The notes beneath the pieces were generated by a model. That model was not told the origin of the DNA and did no database searches. It saw only the letters and a program-made list of their open reading frames with translations. Below are positions 1 to 10,871 of a stretch of DNA of 64,000 bases, one piece after another; positions within the stretch are counted from its first letter, which is position 1; the number at the start of each line of letters is the position of its first letter. This DNA comes from Bacilli bacterium (GTDB lineage: Bacteria > Bacillota_I > Bacilli_A > RF39 > UBA660), in the NCBI GenBank assembly GCA_017484065.1, contig JAFUTX010000031.1, positions 34,581-98,580 on the forward strand, given 5' to 3'. The position numbers and the translations under genes are program-made.

Positions 1-1
1 C

Positions 2-30
2 TTGGCAATAAAATAAATATGTGGTATAAT
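2..30 (+). promoter_or_regulatory. sigma-A type promoter (TTGGCA-17 bp-TATAAT, TG at -14) for the rimP-nusA-infB operon
   Basis: TTGGCA at 2-7, 17-bp spacer, TGG-TATAAT at 22-30, about 55 nt upstream of the first gene. Confidence 0.5.
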
Positions 31-40
31 TGCGTTAATT

Positions 41-66
41 AGTGAGAAGGAATTCTCACTTTTATT
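41..66 (+). promoter_or_regulatory. leader stem-loop plus U-tract (possible attenuator) between promoter and rimP
   Basis: AGTGAGAA-ggaa-TTCTCACT perfect 8-bp inverted repeat followed by TTTATTAT. Confidence 0.3.
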
Positions 67-85
67 ATAGTTTAGGAGTGTGTTT

Positions 86-337
86 ATGGATAGTGTATTA
101 GCTACAATTAAAAAAGAAGTTGAAGTTGCAATGAATAAAATGGATATTATTCTAACTAATATTGAATATGTTAAAGAAGGAAAGTATAACTTTTTAAGAA
201 TTGAACTTGATAAAGTAAATGGTATTGATTTGGATACTATTGTAGAAGCTACTAACGTAATTAATCCAATATTAGATGAACTAGATTTAATAGAAGATAA
301 TTATATCTTAGATGTAATAAGTAAGGAAAGAGGTTAA
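86..337 (+). CDS. rimP: ribosome maturation factor RimP, N-terminal domain only (84 aa; C-terminal domain absent)
   Basis: position upstream of nusA; the YVKEGKYNFLRIELDK motif resembles the RimP N-domain; ATG at 86 with AGGAG 7 nt upstream; ends where the SSPGLDRP-containing C-domain would start. Confidence 0.55.
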   Translation: MDSVLATIKKEVEVAMNKMDIILTNIEYVKEGKYNFLRIELDKVNGIDLDTIVEATNVINPILDELDLIEDNYILDVISKERG

Positions 338-341
338 AATT

Positions 342-1457
342 ATGGATAATAAAGAATTTATTAAAGCTTTAAAAAATATTGTTGAAGAAAAAAATATTAG
401 TGAAGATGTAATATTTGATGCTTTAGAAGTTGCACTTACAACTGCTTACAAAAAGAATTTTGATTCAAAAACTAATGTTAGAGTAGATATTAATCGTGAA
501 ACAGGAGATATTAAGGTTTATTCTTATTTAGTAGTTGTTGATGATGTTGATTTTGGTAGTGAAGAAATTGATGAAGAAGGAAATGTAGTTAAAATACCTC
601 CTGAAATCAATATTGATGCACAAATTATTCATGAACAAGCGGTAGAAATGGTACCAGGTATTAAAGTAGGAGAAACTATTGAAAAAGAAGTAACACCTAA
701 AGATTTTGGTCGTGTAGCAGCGGGTATTGCTAAACAAGTAGTTATGCAAAAAATAAGAGAAGCAGAAAAAGAAAGTATTATGGCAGAATTTGCTGATAAA
801 AAAGATGAAATGATGTTAGGTTTAGTTGCTCTTGAAGATAGTAAAAACTACTATATTGATTTAGGACGTACTAGAGGAATACTTCCTAAGTCAGAAATTA
901 TTCCAGGTGAAACTATTAAAATGGGTTCTAATATCCGTGTATATATTACTAAAGTTGAAAGTAACACCAAAGGTCCACTTATTCTTTTATCAAGAAAACA
1001 TTATGGTTTTGTTAAAAGATTATTTGAAAGTGAAATACCTGAATTAATGGATGGAACTATTATGTTATATGCAGTAGTTAGAGAAGCTGGTATACGTAGT
1101 AAAGTAGCAGTTTATTCTACTAATGAAAAAATTGATGCTGTAGGTTCTTGTATTGGTGAAAGAGGAAGTAGAATAGCAAGTATCTTAAAAGAATTAAATG
1201 GTGAAAAAGTAGATTTAGTGTTATATAGTGAAGATCCTGCTGAATTTATTAAAAATGCTTTATCTCCAGCAAAAGATGTAATAGTAAATATTACTGATCC
1301 TGTGAAAAAAGAAGCATTAGCTATAGTTAATAAAGATAATCTATCTTTAGCTATCGGTAAGAAAGGTACTAATGTTAAGTTAGCTAATCGTTTAACTAAA
1401 TATAAGATTGAAGTTAAAACATTAGAACAAATTAACGAAGAAGGAAACCAAGAATAA
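342..1457 (+). CDS. nusA: transcription termination/antitermination factor NusA
   Basis: N-terminal NusA domain, S1 and KH motifs, conserved operon context. Confidence 0.95.
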   Translation: MDNKEFIKALKNIVEEKNISEDVIFDALEVALTTAYKKNFDSKTNVRVDINRETGDIKVYSYLVVVDDVDFGSEEIDEEGNVVKIPPEINIDAQIIHEQAVEMVPGIKVGETIEKEVTPKDFGRVAAGIAKQVVMQKIREAEKESIMAEFADKKDEMMLGLVALEDSKNYYIDLGRTRGILPKSEIIPGETIKMGSNIRVYITKVESNTKGPLILLSRKHYGFVKRLFESEIPELMDGTIMLYAVVREAGIRSKVAVYSTNEKIDAVGSCIGERGSRIASILKELNGEKVDLVLYSEDPAEFIKNALSPAKDVIVNITDPVKKEALAIVNKDNLSLAIGKKGTNVKLANRLTKYKIEVKTLEQINEEGNQE

Positions 1458-1717
1458 TGAAAATGAAAAAAATACCAATGCGTTCTTGTGTAGTAACTCA
1501 CGAAAAATGTGAAAAGAAAGATTTAATTAGAGTAGTTAAAAATAAAGATAATGAAATATTTGTTGATACTACTGGGAAAGCAAATGGTAAAGGAGCTTAT
1601 CTAAAAAGAGATATATCTGTAATAGAAAAAGCTAAAAAAAATAAAGTATTAAATAAGGTATTTGAAAGTGAAATACCTGATAGTATTTATAATGAATTAA
1701 TAGAATTTATAAAATAA
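1457..1717 (+). CDS. ylxR: YlxR/RnpM family RNA-binding protein (DUF448)
   Basis: RSCVVTHEKCEKKDLIRVV motif; between nusA and infB. Confidence 0.8.
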   Translation: MKMKKIPMRSCVVTHEKCEKKDLIRVVKNKDNEIFVDTTGKANGKGAYLKRDISVIEKAKKNKVLNKVFESEIPDSIYNELIEFIK

Positions 1718-1737
1718 AAAAGAGAGGATGGATAATT

Positions 1738-3852
1738 ATGATGTCAGTAAAAGAATATGCGAATGATATGAATATGTCTGTTGCAGAAATACTAAAAAAA
1801 TGTAATGAAATGAGTATTGAAGTAAAAAGTGCTGATGATGAATTAAGTGAAGATGATATCATTATATTAGATAATGCTTTATCACTTATTTCAACTGAAG
1901 AAGAAGTAACATTTGAGGAAGCTGATGAAATCGACGATGTTGTTGATGATATTATGGAAAGTAACAACTTTACAAAGAAATTAAATACTACTGATAAGAA
2001 ACAAAAACTAAAAAAGAAAAGTCAACAAAGTAAAAATGAATTCTTAGAACAACGTAAAGCTATGTATAAACATAAAGAAAAATTACAAAGTAATACAGTA
2101 GCAGATAATGTAGTAATTTATAAAGATGGCATGAGTGTTAGTGATTTAGCTAGTAGCTTAAATGTTAGTGGAACTGAAATAATTAAGAAGTTAATGAGTT
2201 TAGGTTTAATGATTAACTTAAATCAAAGTATTGATTATGAAAATGCTGAAATAATTGCTCTTGATTATGGAAAAGAACTAAAAAAAGAAGAAACTCAAGA
2301 TGTATCTAATTTTGAAAATTTTGAAATAGTAGATAAAGAAGAAGATTTAGTTAGTCGTCCTCCAATTGTAACTATTATGGGTCATGTTGACCATGGTAAA
2401 ACAACTCTTTTGGATTATATTAGACATAGTAATGTAGTAAGCCAAGAATTTGGTGGTATTACTCAACATATTGGTGCTTATCAAATTGAAAAAAATGGTA
2501 GTAAAATTACATTTATTGATACTCCAGGACATGCTGCTTTTACAGAAATGCGTGCTCGTGGAGCTAATGTAACTGATATAGTAATTATAATCGTAGCCGC
2601 TGATGATGGTGTTATGCCTCAAACTAAAGAAGCAATTGACCATGCTAAGAGTGCTAATGTACCAATAGTGGTAGCAGTTAATAAAATAGATAAACCAGAA
2701 GCTAATATTGATAGAATTATGACTGAAATGGCTGAGGCTGGTATTACTCCAGAAGCATGGGGTGGAGAATATCCATTCGTTAACATTTCGGCTGTTACTG
2801 GTGAAGGCATTGATCTTTTATTAGAAACTATTCAAACTATTTGTGAAGTTAATGGTTATAAAGCTAATCCAAATCGTTATGCAGTCGGTTCAGTTATTGA
2901 ATCTCGTCAAGATAAAAAAATAGGTGGAGTAGCATCACTACTTATTATGAATGGTACACTTCGTCTAGGTGATCCAATAGTAGTTGGTACAACTTTCGGT
3001 AAAATTAGAACTATGAAAGATGCTGATGGTAATTCACTAGTAGAAGCTGGACCATCAACTCCAGTAGAAATAACTGGTTTAAATGATAATCCTTCAGCAG
3101 GAGATAAATTTATGGCTTTTGAAACTGAAAGTGAAGCTAAAAATGTTGCTAGTAAACGTTTAGAAGCATCTAGACAAAATAAATTTAAAAAAGAAACTAT
3201 TTCTTTAGATGATTTATTTGCTAAGATTAATGCTGGTCAAAAAGAGATTAATGTTGTCTTAAAAGCAGATGTTCGTGGTAGTGAAGAAGCTGTAAAGAAT
3301 GCTTTACAAAAAATAGACGTTGAGGGTGTACGTGTTAATGTAATTCGCAGTGGTATTGGTACAATTACTGAAAGCGATGTAGTACTTGCAAATGCTTCAA
3401 ATGCTATAATTATCGGATTTAACGTAAGTCCATCTAATATAACTAAAGAAGTAGCTAAAGAATATAATGTTGAAATTAGACTTTACACAATTATTTACAA
3501 AGTAGTTGAAGATATTGAACTTGCAATGCAAGGTATGTTAGATCCTGAATATGAAGAAAAAGTATTAGGTAATGCTGAAATTAGAAAGATATTTAAATTC
3601 TCTAAAGTTGGTAATATCGCTGGATGCTATGTAGTTGATGGTATTGTTAAGAGTAATGCTAAAGCTAGAGTTATTCGTGATGGAGTAATTATCTATGATA
3701 ATAAAATAGCAAGTATTCAAAGAGAAAAAGACACTGTTAAAGAAGTTAAAAAAGGTTTTGAATGTGGTATAACGCTCGAAAACTTTAGTGATATTAAAGA
3801 AGGAGATATTATTGAAGTTTATGAAATGGTTGAGGTGAAACGCCTTGGCTAG
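1738..3852 (+). CDS. infB: translation initiation factor IF-2
   Basis: [13 protein letters not shown]-domain, [13 protein letters not shown]; conserved position. Confidence 0.95.
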   Translation: MMSVKEYANDMNMSVAEILKKCNEMSIEVKSADDELSEDDIIILDNALSLISTEEEVTFEEADEIDDVVDDIMESNNFTKKLNTTDKKQKLKKKSQQSKNEFLEQRKAMYKHKEKLQSNTVADNVVIYKDGMSVSDLASSLNVSGTEIIKKLMSLGLMINLNQSIDYENAEIIALDYGKELKKEETQDVSNFENFEIVDKEEDLVSRPPIVTIMGHVDHGKTTLLDYIRHSNVVSQEFGGITQHIGAYQIEKNGSKITFIDTPGHAAFTEMRARGANVTDIVIIIVAADDGVMPQTKEAIDHAKSANVPIVVAVNKIDKPEANIDRIMTEMAEAGITPEAWGGEYPFVNISAVTGEGIDLLLETIQTICEVNGYKANPNRYAVGSVIESRQDKKIGGVASLLIMNGTLRLGDPIVVGTTFGKIRTMKDADGNSLVEAGPSTPVEITGLNDNPSAGDKFMAFETESEAKNVASKRLEASRQNKFKKETISLDDLFAKINAGQKEINVVLKADVRGSEEAVKNALQKIDVEGVRVNVIRSGIGTITESDVVLANASNAIIIGFNVSPSNITKEVAKEYNVEIRLYTIIYKVVEDIELAMQGMLDPEYEEKVLGNAEIRKIFKFSKVGNIAGCYVVDGIVKSNAKARVIRDGVIIYDNKIASIQREKDTVKEVKKGFECGITLENFSDIKEGDIIEVYEMVEVKRLG

Positions 3853-4189
3853 TCATAAAATAAATAGAGTAGAAAGTGATATTACTAGAGTAATTAGTGA
3901 AATAATTTTAAGTGAATCTCGTGATTCTTTACTACACAATATCACGATTACTGGTGCTAAAGTATCGAAAGATTTAGGCTATGCTAAAATATATTTTACT
4001 TCTATTTTAGATATGGAACACAGTACTTTAGAAAAAGAAGTTAACGAAGCAAGTGGTTTTATTCGTAGTGGTATAGCTTCTAAACTTGATTTAAGACACA
4101 CTCCAAAACTAACTTTTGTATATGATGATTCAATTGAATACGGTAATAGAATCGAAAATATAATTAAAGAAATACATGAAGATGAATAA
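3845..4189 (+). CDS. rbfA: ribosome-binding factor A
   Basis: RbfA-like 114 aa; TTG start overlapping the infB stop; GAGGTGA 8 nt upstream. Confidence 0.8.
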   Translation: MASHKINRVESDITRVISEIILSESRDSLLHNITITGAKVSKDLGYAKIYFTSILDMEHSTLEKEVNEASGFIRSGIASKLDLRHTPKLTFVYDDSIEYGNRIENIIKEIHEDE

Positions 4190-5027
4190 TGGAATATTAA
4201 TTGTTAATAAAGAAAAAGGTATGACTAGCCGTGATGTAGTAAATAGATTGAATAAAATATTTAATACTAAAAAAATAGGACATACTGGTACGCTTGATCC
4301 AATAGCAGAAGGTGTGTTAGTAACTTGCATAGGTAGTTATACTAAATTAGTAGATATGTTAACAAGCTTAGAAAAAGAGTATATTGCTGAATTTGAATTT
4401 GGTTATGAAACTGATACATTAGATAATACAGGCATTAAGATAAATGAAGATAATAAAAAGATAAGTAAAGATGAATTAGTTAATATTTTAAATTCTTTTG
4501 TTGGTGAGTATAATCAACAAGTGCCAAAATATTCAGCTGTTAAAATAAATGGTAAAAAACTTTATGAATATGCTAGAGAAAAAATTGATATAGAACTTCC
4601 TAGTAGGCTAGTTAATATTCATAATTTAGAATTACTAGAATTTAATGATAATAAAGTAGTAATTAAAACTAAAGTATCTAAAGGTACTTATATTCGTTCT
4701 TTAATTAGAGATATTGCATATGAATTAGACACTTATGCTACTATGACTAAATTAATTAGAACTAAACAAGGTAAGTTTAATATAGAAAATAGTTACTCTT
4801 TAAATGATATAGAAAATAATAATTATGAATTATTAAGTTTATCTGATATATTTGATTATCCTATAATTGATATGGATGATGAGATGTATTTCAAAGTTAA
4901 AAATGGCAGGAAGGTAATACTTGATAATAATAGTGATTATATATTATTTAAATATCAAGGTAAAGAAGTAGCTATATATCAAAAATATGAAGATACATTT
5001 AGAATGTATATTTATTTAGAAAAATAA
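4176..5027 (+). CDS. truB: tRNA pseudouridine(55) synthase TruB
   Basis: GHTGTLDPIAEGVL catalytic-Asp motif; follows rbfA. Confidence 0.9.
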   Translation: MKMNNGILIVNKEKGMTSRDVVNRLNKIFNTKKIGHTGTLDPIAEGVLVTCIGSYTKLVDMLTSLEKEYIAEFEFGYETDTLDNTGIKINEDNKKISKDELVNILNSFVGEYNQQVPKYSAVKINGKKLYEYAREKIDIELPSRLVNIHNLELLEFNDNKVVIKTKVSKGTYIRSLIRDIAYELDTYATMTKLIRTKQGKFNIENSYSLNDIENNNYELLSLSDIFDYPIIDMDDEMYFKVKNGRKVILDNNSDYILFKYQGKEVAIYQKYEDTFRMYIYLEK

Positions 5028-5058
5028 AGGATACACCTTAAAGGTGTATCCTTTTATA
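5027..5058 (+). terminator. intrinsic terminator after truB
   Basis: AAAGGATACACC-ttaa-GGTGTATCCTTT hairpin then T-rich tail. Confidence 0.65.
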
Positions 5059-5279
5059 TAAAAGTCGTATTATGGTAAGTTTTGACAACCTTTGTCGAAT
5101 CGGTTGAAATTCATAAAGATTTATCTATAATAAGATACTTAGAAAGCAAGTATTAGGAGGATTTCCGGCTTTTCAGGAGGGGTTTTGGATAGCCGCTAAA
5201 AAATAAAACATCTTATTGACTGATAATCGTTATGTATGATAATATTTACTTGTAATAAATTCAGGGGGAGCTAATAAAA

Positions 5280-6098
5280 ATGAATAACTTAGAAATATAT
5301 ACAGAAAAAGTATTTGAAGATATTAAACATATTGATGAATTTGGTAATGAGTATTGGTTAGCTAGGGAGTTAATGAAAGCATTAGATTATAAAGAGTGGA
5401 GAAAATTTAAAGGTGTAATTGAAAAAGCAATAATGTCTTGTACTCAAAGTGATATTAACTTTTATGACCATTTTGTCGGAGCCGACAAAATGGTCAAAAC
5501 GGGAGATTCAACTAGAAAAATTGTAGATTACAAATTATCACGTTATGCTTGTTATCTTATAGCTCAAAATGCAGATAATAGAAAAAAAGTAATAGCACTA
5601 GCTCAAACTTACTTTGCAATCCAAACAAGAAAACAAGAATTATTAGAAAGAGATTATGAATCTTTATCTGAAGACGAAAAAAGGCTTTATCAAAGAAGTT
5701 TAACAAAAAAAGGTAATTCTTCTTTAAATAAAACTGCTAAAGAAGCAGGAGTAAAGAACTTTGATAAATTTCATAATGCTGGTTATAAAGGACTATATAA
5801 TGGAGAAACTGCTAATGATATTGCCAAAAGAAAAGGCTTAAGATATAGAGAAGATATTTTAGATAATATGGGTAGTGTTGAATTAGCAGCTAATTTATTT
5901 AGGATTACCCAAACAGAACAAAAAATAAAAAATGACAATGTGGTTGGAGAAGCAAAAGCAAATGATACACATTATAAAATCGGTAAAATTGTTAGAAATG
6001 CTATTAAAGAAGCTGGAGGTACAATGCCAGAAGATTTACCAACACCAGATAAAAGTTTAAAAGAGTTAAAAAATGATAATAAAAGAAAATTAAAATGA
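5280..6098 (+). CDS. dinD: DNA-damage-inducible protein D family (DinD-like)
   Basis: RYACYLIAQN...AQTYFAIQTRKQEL block characteristic of the DinD family; own promoter TTGACT-17-ATAATA upstream. Confidence 0.65.
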   Translation: MNNLEIYTEKVFEDIKHIDEFGNEYWLARELMKALDYKEWRKFKGVIEKAIMSCTQSDINFYDHFVGADKMVKTGDSTRKIVDYKLSRYACYLIAQNADNRKKVIALAQTYFAIQTRKQELLERDYESLSEDEKRLYQRSLTKKGNSSLNKTAKEAGVKNFDKFHNAGYKGLYNGETANDIAKRKGLRYREDILDNMGSVELAANLFRITQTEQKIKNDNVVGEAKANDTHYKIGKIVRNAIKEAGGTMPEDLPTPDKSLKELKNDNKRKLK

Positions 6099-6150
6099 TT
6101 GCTTTAATCGCTAATTTATATTAAAATACCCATAGAAATGGCGTGATTAG

Positions 6151-7344
6151 ATGCAAGAAATAATAATGTTGAAATACGGGGAGTTATCAACAAAAAAGGC
6201 TAATATTAATTTCTTTTTAAAGACGTTAAAAAATAATATTAATAAGAAATTAAAAGATTATAATTGTAATGTCCTATATGATAAAGGTAGAATGTATGTT
6301 ACAAATATTGACAGTAATATAGATGAAATAATCGAAAAATTACAAACTATATTTGGTATTCATGAATTAGTAGTTGGATACTCATATAATGAATTAGATT
6401 TTAATAAAATAAAAGATATTGTATTAGAGTTAGTTAATACGAAAGCATTTAATACTTTTAAAGTGCAAACTAAACGTAGTAATAAAAAATATCCGTTAGA
6501 TAGTATGGAAATAAGTCGTAGTGTAGGAGCGCATCTTCTTAAAAATATTTCTAATATTAAAGTGGATGTTCATAATCCAGATTTATTAATTAATCTTGAA
6601 ATTCATAAAGATAGTGTAGTAGTTTATTTTGATACATATAAAGGTATAGGCGGATATCCAGTAGGAACTTTAGGTAAAGGATTACTTATGTTAAGTGGAG
6701 GTATAGATTCTCCAGTGGCTGGTTATCTTGCGATAAAAAGAGGAGTAAATATTCATGCATTGTATTTTGAAAGTCCTCCTCATACTTCTATTGAAGCTAA
6801 AAATAAAGTAATAGAACTAGCTCGTAAGTTAGCTAACTACAATAATGGTATTGTACATTTACATGTCATTAACTTTACAAACATTCAAGAAGAAATATAT
6901 AAGAAAGCTCCTAATGATTATTTAATTACTTTAATGCGTAGATGTATGTATCGTATTAGTGAAGGAGTTTTAAAAAGAATTAATGGCCAAATATTAATAA
7001 ATGGTGAAAGTATAGGTCAAGTAGCTAGCCAAACACTAACAAGTATGAATTGTATTAATAAAGTAGTATCTACGCCAGTTATTAGACCAGTAGCATGTTT
7101 TGATAAAAATGAAATTATTGATATAGCAAAAAAAATAGATACTTATGAAATTAGTATCTTACCATTTGAAGATTGCTGTACAATATTTGTGCCAGAACAT
7201 CCAGTTATTAATCCTAGTGAAGAAAAATGTATAGAATATGAAAAACTATATGATTATGAAAGTATGGTTAAAGAATGTATTTTTAATCATGAAATTATAA
7301 AAGTAGAAGAAACAAAAGAAAATAAGTTTGAAGATTTATTATAA
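6151..7344 (+). CDS. thiI: tRNA 4-thiouridine synthase / tRNA sulfurtransferase ThiI
   Basis: THUMP region followed by PP-loop SGGIDSPVAGYL. Confidence 0.9.
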   Translation: MQEIIMLKYGELSTKKANINFFLKTLKNNINKKLKDYNCNVLYDKGRMYVTNIDSNIDEIIEKLQTIFGIHELVVGYSYNELDFNKIKDIVLELVNTKAFNTFKVQTKRSNKKYPLDSMEISRSVGAHLLKNISNIKVDVHNPDLLINLEIHKDSVVVYFDTYKGIGGYPVGTLGKGLLMLSGGIDSPVAGYLAIKRGVNIHALYFESPPHTSIEAKNKVIELARKLANYNNGIVHLHVINFTNIQEEIYKKAPNDYLITLMRRCMYRISEGVLKRINGQILINGESIGQVASQTLTSMNCINKVVSTPVIRPVACFDKNEIIDIAKKIDTYEISILPFEDCCTIFVPEHPVINPSEEKCIEYEKLYDYESMVKECIFNHEIIKVEETKENKFEDLL

Positions 7345-7548
7345 TCTTTCTATAAAACTATCACAAAAAGTTTCTTTTTTCTTTTTACTAGATTTACCAG
7401 AAACCATGATACTAGCTAAACGGCATTTACCACATTTATCATAGTATACACAATTTTTAACATTGCACTTTATAAATTGATTAAAATAAATATTATTTTT
7501 CATATTATCACCATTATTAGTATGAATAATTAAAAGTGTTTTATACAT
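7339..7548 (-). CDS. small Cys-rich (CxxxxC...CxxC) hypothetical protein, possible zinc ribbon
   Basis: 69-aa ORF with 4 spaced Cys and a Lys-rich tail; convergent with thiI; no homology recognised. Confidence 0.25.
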   Translation of the reverse strand: MYKTLLIIHTNNGDNMKNNIYFNQFIKCNVKNCVYYDKCGKCRLASIMVSGKSSKKKKETFCDSFIERL

Positions 7549-7839
7549 ACTAAGAGTAGGTGAATAAAATGCAAAGAGATATTAATTATCGTTATAAAAG
7601 TTTTGATTTTTGTAATAGTATAGGCATGGATAAAATAAGATATGGCTTATTTAATGAATATGGTTATAATTTAGATGCTTCTTCTAAAAGAATTTTAGAT
7701 AATGAAAAGAATACTACTAGAAGTATGAATAATAATACTAAAAATCATGGATTAAAAAAGAAATCAAAATAATTAATTAACTTCAATATAATATTGTAAA
7801 GCAAATAATATTTATATATAATTGTTATGAGTGATATTT

Positions 7840-8535
7840 ATGAAAATTATAGATGTTGTAGAAAATCCAGGTACTGCTGGATTATTAAAAAAATATTATG
7901 AAGATAATAATATAAATGATTATAATATAACTTTTTTATGGTTATGTTTAAGCAAAGGTTATTTACATAATCGTATTGATTTTCTAAAAGAATATTATGA
8001 GTTTTGGGATTATGATAATCTTGTTGATAACTTTATAAATAATTTATCACTAGATACTAAAATAAGAATATGGTCTAGTACAAGTAATAATGATGATTAT
8101 TTATTAATTTTATATTTATGTAATCTTTTAAAAGATAAGTATGATTTAAGCATTATTATGACTAATAAAAATATAAATGAAATAAATAGTAAAGATATAG
8201 GAAAGTTATTAAAGGAAGAAAAAATATTAGCAATTCAAGAAATAAATGATTATTCTAATAAATGGAATGAATTAGTTAGGGTTAACAGTGAGTTAAGAAT
8301 ATACAAAGATGGCATTATAGAGAATAAAAATTATGATGATTATGATGCGCTAATATTAGAAAGATTAAAAAAATTAGGTAAATGTAAAATATCTACTTTA
8401 GTTGAAAGTTTATGGGTAGAAGATGATAATAATTTTACTTTAGACGATTATGAGTATTTGGTAAATAGATTAATTAATAATAATAAAATAAACTTAGTAG
8501 AAGATAAAAATGGTATTGATAGTATAATAGTTTAA
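7840..8535 (+). CDS. hypothetical protein
   Basis: 232-aa ORF with consistent codon usage; ATG at 7840 preferred over GTG at 7831 (GAGTGA 6 nt upstream). Confidence 0.5.
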   Translation: MKIIDVVENPGTAGLLKKYYEDNNINDYNITFLWLCLSKGYLHNRIDFLKEYYEFWDYDNLVDNFINNLSLDTKIRIWSSTSNNDDYLLILYLCNLLKDKYDLSIIMTNKNINEINSKDIGKLLKEEKILAIQEINDYSNKWNELVRVNSELRIYKDGIIENKNYDDYDALILERLKKLGKCKISTLVESLWVEDDNNFTLDDYEYLVNRLINNNKINLVEDKNGIDSIIV

Positions 8536-8551
8536 ATTAAATAGGAGTAAA

Positions 8552-8579
8552 AAAGATAGTAATCTTATCTTTTTTTTTG
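8552..8579 (+). terminator. weak hairpin plus T9 tract upstream of ackA
   Basis: AAGATA-gtaatc-TATCTT followed by TTTTTTTTT. Confidence 0.4.
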
Positions 8580-8608
8580 TATAATGAATATGTAAGGATG
8601 TGAAATAA

Positions 8609-9784
8609 ATGAAAATATTATCAGTTAATGCCGGTAGCTCTTCTTTAAAATTTACATTATTTGAATTACCAGAAGAAAAACCATTAATTAGTGGATATTT
8701 TGAAAGAATAGGATTAAGTAATAGTTTTTATACAATAAAATATAATGGAGAAAAACATAAAACTGAAATAGAGTTAACTAGTCATCAACAAGCTTTTGAA
8801 ATTTTAGTTCAAGAATTAGAAAATTATAAAATTGTTGAAAGTTTAGATGAAATAAAAGGTGTAGGGCATCGTGTAGTTCAAGGTGGTTCATACTTTGATA
8901 AGACTGTAGTAATCGATGATGATGTAATAGGAAGAATAGATGAATTATCAAGTTTGGCTCCTTTACATAATCCTGCTGCACTAGTCGGTATTAGAGCAAG
9001 TATGGAAGTTATCCCAGGTGCAGTTCAAACAGCAGTATTTGATACAGCATTCCATCAAACTATGCCAGATTATAATTATATTTATCCAGTGCCATATGAA
9101 TGGCTAGACCAATATCGTATTAGAAAATATGGTGCACATGGTACAAGTCATAAGTATATCTCAATGGAAATGAATAAAATATTAGGTAGAGAAGATACAA
9201 AATTAATAACATGCCATATTGGTAGTGGAGCAAGTATTAGTGCTGTAGAAAATGGTAAGTGTTTAAATACTTCTATGGGTCTTACTCCTAATGCAGGTGT
9301 TATGATGGGTACACGTTGTGGTGATATTGATGCTACTATTATTCCATATATGTTGGATAAAAGTTCAATGCCTACTAAAGAAATTGATAGAGTATTAAAT
9401 AAAGAAAGTGGGTTACTTGGAATTGCTGGAATTAGTAGTGATATGCGTGATATAGAAGCTGCTATTAAAGAAGGCAATGAAAGATGTGAATTAGCAGTTA
9501 AAATGTATGTTAGAAGAATAGCTGATTATATTGCTAAATATTATGTTGAAATGGGTGGCTGTGATGCAATTGTTTTAACTGCTGGTGTATGTGAAAATGC
9601 AATAAACATTCGTAGGAGAATATTAGAAGAGATCAAAGTTCTAGGTGTAGTGTTAGATGATGAAGCTAACGAGACAAGAGGTGAGACTGTTTGTATTACG
9701 ACAAGTGATAGTAAAATACCTGTATATGTAATACCTACTGATGAAGAATTAATGATTGCAATAGATACTTATAATTTAATATAG
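8609..9784 (+). CDS. ackA: acetate kinase
   Basis: MKILSVNAGSSSLKF N-terminus, acetate/propionate kinase signatures. Confidence 0.95.
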   Translation: MKILSVNAGSSSLKFTLFELPEEKPLISGYFERIGLSNSFYTIKYNGEKHKTEIELTSHQQAFEILVQELENYKIVESLDEIKGVGHRVVQGGSYFDKTVVIDDDVIGRIDELSSLAPLHNPAALVGIRASMEVIPGAVQTAVFDTAFHQTMPDYNYIYPVPYEWLDQYRIRKYGAHGTSHKYISMEMNKILGREDTKLITCHIGSGASISAVENGKCLNTSMGLTPNAGVMMGTRCGDIDATIIPYMLDKSSMPTKEIDRVLNKESGLLGIAGISSDMRDIEAAIKEGNERCELAVKMYVRRIADYIAKYYVEMGGCDAIVLTAGVCENAINIRRRILEEIKVLGVVLDDEANETRGETVCITTSDSKIPVYVIPTDEELMIAIDTYNLI

Positions 9785-9787
9785 GAA

Positions 9788-10768
9788 GTGGTTACTATAA
9801 TCGATAGTATAATTAAAAAAATATATAAGAAAATTAAGAGTTATGATGTTATTGTTCTAGCTCGTCATGTTGGACCAGATCCTGATGCTATAACTAGTCA
9901 AATAGCTTTAAGAGACTCTATTAGAAAAACTTTTCCAAATAAAAAAGTGTATGCCGTAGGTAAGGGAGTAGCTAGATTTAAAAAGTTTGGATCATTAGAT
10001 AAAATTCCCGAAGATGAGAATGTACTTTTAATAACTTTAGATGTTCCTAATATGTCTAGAATAGATGGATTAGAAAATATTAAGTATAAAGAAATAATCA
10101 AAATAGATCATCATCCTAAGGAAGATATTCCAGCTAGTATTGAATGGACTGATACATCAGCTTGTTCAACTTGTCAAATGATTACTGAACTTATTTTAAA
10201 AACTAAATTAGTTTTAGATAAAGATATAGCTAGTAATTTATTTTTAGGAATTGTTTCTGATAGTGATAGATTTTTACTATATTATACAAGTGCAAAGACT
10301 TATAGTTTAGTCTCAAAATTAATAGAGCTTACTAACTTAGACTTTACTCCTTTATATAAAAATTTATATGAAAGACCATTTAATGAAATTCAATTTAAGG
10401 CATATATAACTAACAATTTAAAAATAAATGAAAATGGTTTAGCTTATATAATATTGAATCCAGAAATATTTAAAGAATATGGAGTTGATTCATCAACTGC
10501 CTCTAATATGATTAATGATTTTAATTATATTAATGAAATATTAGTATGGACATTTATATCTTATGATAGTATGAATGATATTTATAAAGTTAGTATTAGA
10601 AGTAGAGGGCCTATAATTAATACAATTGCAGGTAATTATAATGGTGGAGGACATATCTATGCAAGTGGAGCTCGTATTAAGAATGAGGAAGATATTCCAA
10701 AATTTTTGAGCGAGTTAGATGCTGCTTGTATAGAATATAATAAAGAAAACATTGTTGAAGAAGAATAA
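9788..10768 (+). CDS. nrnA: DHH-DHHA1 phosphoesterase, NrnA-like oligoribonuclease/pAp phosphatase
   Basis: GPDPDAI and IDHHP motifs, GGGH; GTG start. Confidence 0.8.
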   Translation: MVTIIDSIIKKIYKKIKSYDVIVLARHVGPDPDAITSQIALRDSIRKTFPNKKVYAVGKGVARFKKFGSLDKIPEDENVLLITLDVPNMSRIDGLENIKYKEIIKIDHHPKEDIPASIEWTDTSACSTCQMITELILKTKLVLDKDIASNLFLGIVSDSDRFLLYYTSAKTYSLVSKLIELTNLDFTPLYKNLYERPFNEIQFKAYITNNLKINENGLAYIILNPEIFKEYGVDSSTASNMINDFNYINEILVWTFISYDSMNDIYKVSIRSRGPIINTIAGNYNGGGHIYASGARIKNEEDIPKFLSELDAACIEYNKENIVEEE

Positions 10769-10871
10769 AAATGGAATAAAAAAAATTCTGTTTTTTTTAA
10801 TTTTTACATTGACGTACATATGTTCTATATGATATAGTTGGCTTATAGGAAATATTCAGGAGGCTTTATTT

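Noticed and set aside
528-1501. Antisense ORFs from the track (528-749 minus, 1112-1501 minus; likewise 2347-2810 minus, 9148-9477 minus, 13480-13836 minus, 20301-20669 minus, 37605-37877 minus and others)
   Set aside because: Each lies wholly inside a well-supported conserved gene on the opposite strand and has low-complexity composition typical of AT-rich antisense frames.
5059-5279. LexA (Cheo box GAAC-N4-GTTC) operator upstream of dinD
   Set aside because: No GAAC-N4-GTTC-like palindrome found; only a plain sigma-A-type promoter.
7560-7772. 70-aa plus-strand ORF between thiI and the 232-aa hypothetical gene
   Set aside because: No RBS, Asn/Lys-rich low-complexity product and no conservation signal.
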